A DNA stretch of 63,755 bases, counting the filler, from Octopus bimaculoides (Eukaryota): assembly GCF_001194135.2 (NCBI RefSeq). It is 9 parts of 8 records of this genome, joined end to end, with 100 filler letters (N's around TTAATTAATTAA, not from the genome) between each part and the next. Parts side by side here need not be neighbours in the genome. Positions count along the whole stretch, not along the records: positions 57,178 to 63,755 come from NC_068985.1; 8 more parts are not named here. One strand, given 5' to 3'. Numbering within the stretch: the stretch's first letter is position 1; the number at the start of each line of letters is the position of its first letter. The translations under genes were made by a program, and so were the position numbers. Below the pieces are notes generated by a model. It saw nothing but the letters and a program-made list of their open reading frames with translations, did not search any database and was not told where the DNA came from. Shown here one piece after another: positions 58,750-63,755 of this stretch.

Positions 58750-60218
58750 TATGTAAACTGTGTGCATTTTCCTTCTTTTATTTTCGCATTGCTCCAGTTC
58801 ACTCATCTGTAGAAATAAGTATTGACATCACTGGAGCCAAGCTGTGTCGGTCTTTGCCTTTCCCTTGGATTACAATAGAGGTGTCGAAAGGGGAGGTATG
58901 CATGGGCATAAACAAACTTGCCCGTAATTGTGCCTAGGAGGGGAACATTCTAGGTACAACCCCATGTCACTCATGAGTGAAGTGGGGTTTTGGATATATA
59001 AATATCATTGTAAGACTATATAGGAAAAGGCTGTCATGATAAAATTTGACATGGGACACCATTCCTCTGGAATGGATCCAGATACAACCTAGTTTCAGTA
59101 CGCTCGTAACCGGAGAGTAAACCTCATCTATCAGACATGTGGCTGGGCCAGGGTTTGCCAACATCATTGAGATAATAGACAAAAAGAACATCAGATCGAT
59201 AACAAGTAAGGCAAAAANNNNNNNNNNAGACAAAAAGAACATCAGATCGATAACAAGTAAGGCAAAAAATGAAAGAAGAAGAATATCATATAATACAGAT
59301 GCTGAAAACAGAATAATGTATTATCTTTTGCCTGGGCACAAGCGTTAATCATTTCCTATGACGTATTAGATATTTACTACCGAGATTCCCAGCTCGCAAA
59401 CTCTTATATATTGCTAATGCATATATGTATATGTGCGCATATCCATAAGTGCGTGTGCGTACGCGTGTGCGTACGCGCGTGCGTATGCATGTATGCATGA
59501 AAGAATATATGCATATATATATATATATACATACATTCATGTATATATGTATGTATTTGTACATATATATACATATGTATTATATANNNNNNNNNNNNNN
59601 NNNNNNNNNNNNNNNNNNNNNNNNNNNNNNNNNNNNNNNNNNNNNNNNNNNNNNNNNNNNNNNNNNNNNNNNNNNNNNNNNNNNNNNNNNNNNNNNNNNN
59701 NNNNNNNNNNNNNNNNNNNNNNNNNNNNNNNNNNNNNNNNNNNNNNNNNNNNNNNNNNNNNNNNNNNNNNNNNNNNNNNNNNNNNNNNNNNNNNNNNNNN
59801 NNNNNNNNNNNNNNNNNNNNNNNNNNNNNNNNNNNNNNNNNNNNNNNNNNNNNNNNNNNNNNNNNNNNNNNNNNNNNNNNNNNNNNNNNATATATATATA
59901 TATATATGTATGTATGTATATATATGTTTATATTTAAGACAGAGAGAGATATAAACCTCTTATGTTTTGTAGAGACGCAAATAAGTAATGATGAAAGAGA
60001 ACAAGTGTTTTTCGTTTGTGGTACTTTGTAATAACTATATAATAACCAATACTATGATCCGCAGCAGGAACTACAGCAACGTGTGTGCATTAGAAAAATC
60101 AAGAAAGTACACCACATAATACTTAGAGAACTGGGTCAAGATTACTAGTTCTGGCAATAGAAGAGTTAGCGATTTGAATAAATTTGCTTGAGAGGAATTT
60201 GAGCTAGGTCGATCGATC

Positions 60219-60282
<64 letters not shown>

Positions 60283-60719
60283 TATCTTATGTAAACCTGT
60301 ATAACTATCAGTAAATCGCGTCTCCGAATAAATATCAATGAAGAGAGATTCAGATGCATGAAGTGGGACTTAACGTTTAGAACACGAGACAGGATATACA
60401 CGTGACAATCACGTGCGTGTGTATCTAGCTTTCCTTTACAGAAGCTTTAAATGGCATTTCGAAACCCAGAACAATTGCCATATCTTCTGCTTTACGTTCA
60501 GCAAGCATTTTCCCATTTAGTAGGTATATGAATTTTGTAAATTTAATGTCATCTATCTATCTATCTATCTGTCTATCTAACTCTTCCTCTCTCTCTTTCT
60601 CTCCCTCTCACATTCTCTCTCCTTCTTTCTCACTTTCTCTCTCTCTCACTCGCTCTCACACTTTGTAACCCAAAATCTCCCTCTCTCACACACAGATTCT
60701 CTCTCTCTCATACACACAA

Positions 60720-61147
60720 TCTCTCAAATTTGTTGAGCTCTTGCCAACGAATTTTGGGCGAGGAATTACGAACGAAAATAGTTGAAGCAAAATTTGTATC
60801 TTGCTTGCTCACGGAATATCAAAAGCGGTCACGAGTGAATATGTGTCGTGAACTGAAAGAAGGGCTCGAATCTGATCCGGACCTTTTTTTCGAAGATCAT
60901 CAATGGCGACGAAAGCTGGAGCTAAGGAGTTTCCAGATATGGGAGTGGTGAAGGAATAAAACGACGGAAGCATTAAACGGCATTACTTTGCGAGGGTTCC
61001 AGGACTGCTACGAATAGTGGAAAACGCGCCTGGACTGATGCATGGCTTCAAATGGAAACTACTTTGAGGGCGAATAAGGTGTAATTATGTAACGCTAAGT
61101 GAATAAGATTATATTGCAAAATTCCGGTTTCTTTTTGTTCCCCCTCG
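60720..61147 (+). pseudogene. Mariner transposase remnant with the right TIR
   Basis: SCQRILGEEL..VEAKFVSCLLTEYQK..RVNMCREL..DPD, a deletion, then FQDCYE*WKTRLD*C..NGNYFEGE*. TIR aattccggtttctttttgttccccctcg+ta. Confidence 0.85.
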
Positions 61148-61377
61148 TACATGTATATGTATGCATTATGCATAATTTCATATATACGATGATATATATA
61201 TNNNNNNNNNNNNNNNNNNNNNNNNNNNNNNNNNNNNNNNNNNNNNNNNNNNNNNNNNNNNNNTATATATATACAATACACATAGTGTACATACAATGCT
61301 GTCGCACTGGAGGTAACTTTGGACGCATAATTTTACTAATATCCTATGAATTTTCTTGGTATTTATATAAAATAATG

Positions 61378-61505
61378 GTTTCAAATTTTGGCACAAGGCC
61401 AGAAATTTTGAAGGTACTTTTATCGACACCTCAAGGAGGAAAAGCAAAGTCCATCTCTGCGAAATTTCAACTGGATGTAAAGACGCCCGAAATGCCGCTC
61501 AGCTC
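61378..61505 (-). mobile_element. SINE family C, deleted
   Basis: tttcaaattttggcacaaggccag...ggtacttttatcgac...gaaatgccgct. Confidence 0.8.
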
Positions 61506-62093
61506 ACTCATTTTCTTATATGAGATAAGAAAAATAAATTATTTATTTAGACTGAAACAAATCTAAGTGCAACAAACTTCCCATCTGTATACAATAAATA
61601 TATGTTATTATTTTTCAACATAATTCTTAATCTACTTCATCGAAAACCTATCTCTGCAAAGTTTCATTTTTTTAAAACTTATTTCCTGAAAGTTATTAGA
61701 CACTCCTGCTGCTTCTGTTATGTTAAATCTCTCTGCATCACTTTATTACTCTATCTTTCCGCTCATCCTAAATGATGTAAAACGTGACTTGAGATCAACA
61801 AACCAATTAACCAACACCTATATATCGGCTATTATTATATAGTGTTAGTATCTACAGTGATTTTGCTTTTTATCTTCTTCTCGGTTGGATATTTCATACG
61901 TACGATATATTTTGAGTTGTTATGTAATCAATAAAAAGAAACGAATGAAAAAATAGGGACAAAAATTATGTGAAATTAGAAGGTGAACATTAGAGGAAAC
62001 ACGACCAAGATTAAGTCCTTTCCCATTAAAAATGTTCCGTGACGTTTTTTCAAAAAAAAGAACTAAATAATGACCATATTTACATCCTTGGTG

Positions 62094-62094
<1 letters not shown>

Positions 62095-62133
<39 letters not shown>

Positions 62134-62142
62134 TGTGTGTGT

Positions 62143-62203
<61 letters not shown>
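62095..62203. repeat. (TG)n microsatellite
   Basis: Tandem repeat. Confidence 0.97.
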
Positions 62204-62207
<4 letters not shown>

Positions 62208-62441
62208 ACACATATGAGTAAGCACATAAATGCAAAAGAAGGTGGGAGAAAATAGTACTCGAACACCGAAGGTAGAGTAATATGCTTTTTAATTAAAACT
62301 GTAAAGACAAGATTCCACTCTTGATCACAACTGTCCGACGAATGTAAATGTGAAACACTGAGTCACATTTACATGTGATGTTTTTACAGCTTTAATAAAT
62401 AAAAAAAGTATATATATGTATGTATATGTATGTATGAAACA

Positions 62442-62680
62442 CAGACCGGGCGTTGTGAGTGTTTACTGAACGAAAACACCTAAGCTCCACGAGGCTCCGC
62501 CAGGGGATGGTGGCGACCCCTGTTGTACTCTTTCGCCCCAACTTTCTCTCACTCGTTCTTCCTGTTTCTTGAGTAACGCTGCGATGGACTGGCGTCCCTT
62601 CCAGCTGGGGGGCACACATATGCCATAGAAACCGGGAAACCGGGCCCGTGAGCCGGGCTAGGCTTTGAAAGGGCAAAAAG
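62442..62680 (+). mobile_element. SINE with a family B body but a different 3' module
   Basis: agaccgggcgttgtgagtgtttactgaacgaaaacaccta...cttcctgtttct matches family B. It then continues gagtaacgctgcgatggactggcgtccc...gaaaccggg...ctttgaaagggc. Confidence 0.8.
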
Positions 62681-63488
62681 AAAAGATATATATATGTGTG
62701 TTTGTGTGTGCGTGTGAGTGAGTGAGCGTGTGTATATATATATATATACATAATTATTTCAATGTGTAGGACGCTAGTGCTGTAAGTATGTATAGATGTA
62801 TCTACAATTCTATCTGTAGAACTGTAGATGCATAGACAAACGTATATTTACTTATATAGGTACCCGGTTCCATACAAACTATAGATTCATACAAACTATA
62901 GGGAAGGTTACAAGTGTAGCATATTTATAATACTACACAAGTGGCATTTAAATTTCAGAACAGCTTTCGAGAACATTCGATTGATGGATTCTTAGATGAC
63001 ATCAGTCCTGAAATCAAAATAAACAATGGTAAGGCAAAAGATTGAAGTTGATTAACTCGCCACGCTGAAGCCTCGTAGAATATATAACGGTCAGCTGTAA
63101 GACACGTAAATGCAAATTTTATAATCTATAAAATTTCTCAAATCGTTATCTTAATTACTTTATAGCGCTTGCTTGAGAATAATCCTTTGCTTGACAAATA
63201 TAAATTCTGTTTTGCCTTTGAGTCATGGGGAACTGTCATTTCTTGGAAGTCGTATGGATATACCTAAGTACTCGGATCTTAGTTCACTGCATCTCATAGA
63301 AGAACCAACTGTAAGTTAATGAAGTTGCTCTAGTAATTTCTGATATATTAAGTTCCTTTTGAGCCTTGTTCTTGACTAAAGCTTTATTCTGAGGAATACG
63401 TATATAGTTCTTTCGCAACATATTTTTATCCTTATGGCAAAGCAATATCTTAAAGCATGCGTATATATAAATAAATATGTGTGTACAC

Positions 63489-63536
<48 letters not shown>

Positions 63537-63755
63537 GTATATGTCGGTGTTCATTTGTAATTATGAGCATGTGTAAGCTGAACACAGATTTTTATGAGTT
63601 GTGAGCATACAATCATAACGTGTGCGTATATAAATCTGTGCATGTATGCTTGTGAATGTATATATATATTTAAATATATGAATATATATACATATACACG
63701 CACAAATATACGTATATATATATGCGTATATGTATATATATATATATATATATAT

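Noticed and set aside
60448-63330. Isolated plus-strand splice-like cassettes (~60455-60532, ~63222-63310)
   Set aside because: Short, no recognisable protein motif and no phase-linked neighbours. Chance sites cannot be excluded.

Overview
Repeat-rich eukaryotic DNA from a gapped draft assembly. The organism is inferred to be an octopus (coleoid cephalopod) from the tRNA-derived SINE families and extreme microsatellite density. Most of the window is microsatellites, N-gaps, SINE copies of about five modular types, and decayed fragments of LINEs (R4/Dong-like RLE, Tx1, RTE, Penelope-like), DNA transposons (mariner, Tc1, MULE) and one LTR. Almost all ORFs in the supplied track are microsatellite or gap artefacts. 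One host gene is well supported on the minus strand. Three phase-compatible exons (39826-39986, 38338-38498, 36018-36067) splice into the C-terminal 124 aa of an uncharacterised Trp/Cys-motif domain. Two weaker candidate upstream exons lie at 48256-48311 and 52374-52514. A weaker second gene candidate (signal peptide plus EGF-like) lies near 17.3-17.9 kb. Top observations: the spliced gene, an RTE LINE insertion with a 5' inversion inside a 12-bp TSD, an RTE tail with three C2H2 fingers, Penelope-type minimal hammerheads with a non-canonical core, and two loci sharing a Dong-3'end/(TAA)n/unknown-repeat junction. All translations and coordinates were worked out by hand. No database searches were run, so family names rest on recalled motifs and SINE/TE boundaries are approximate.
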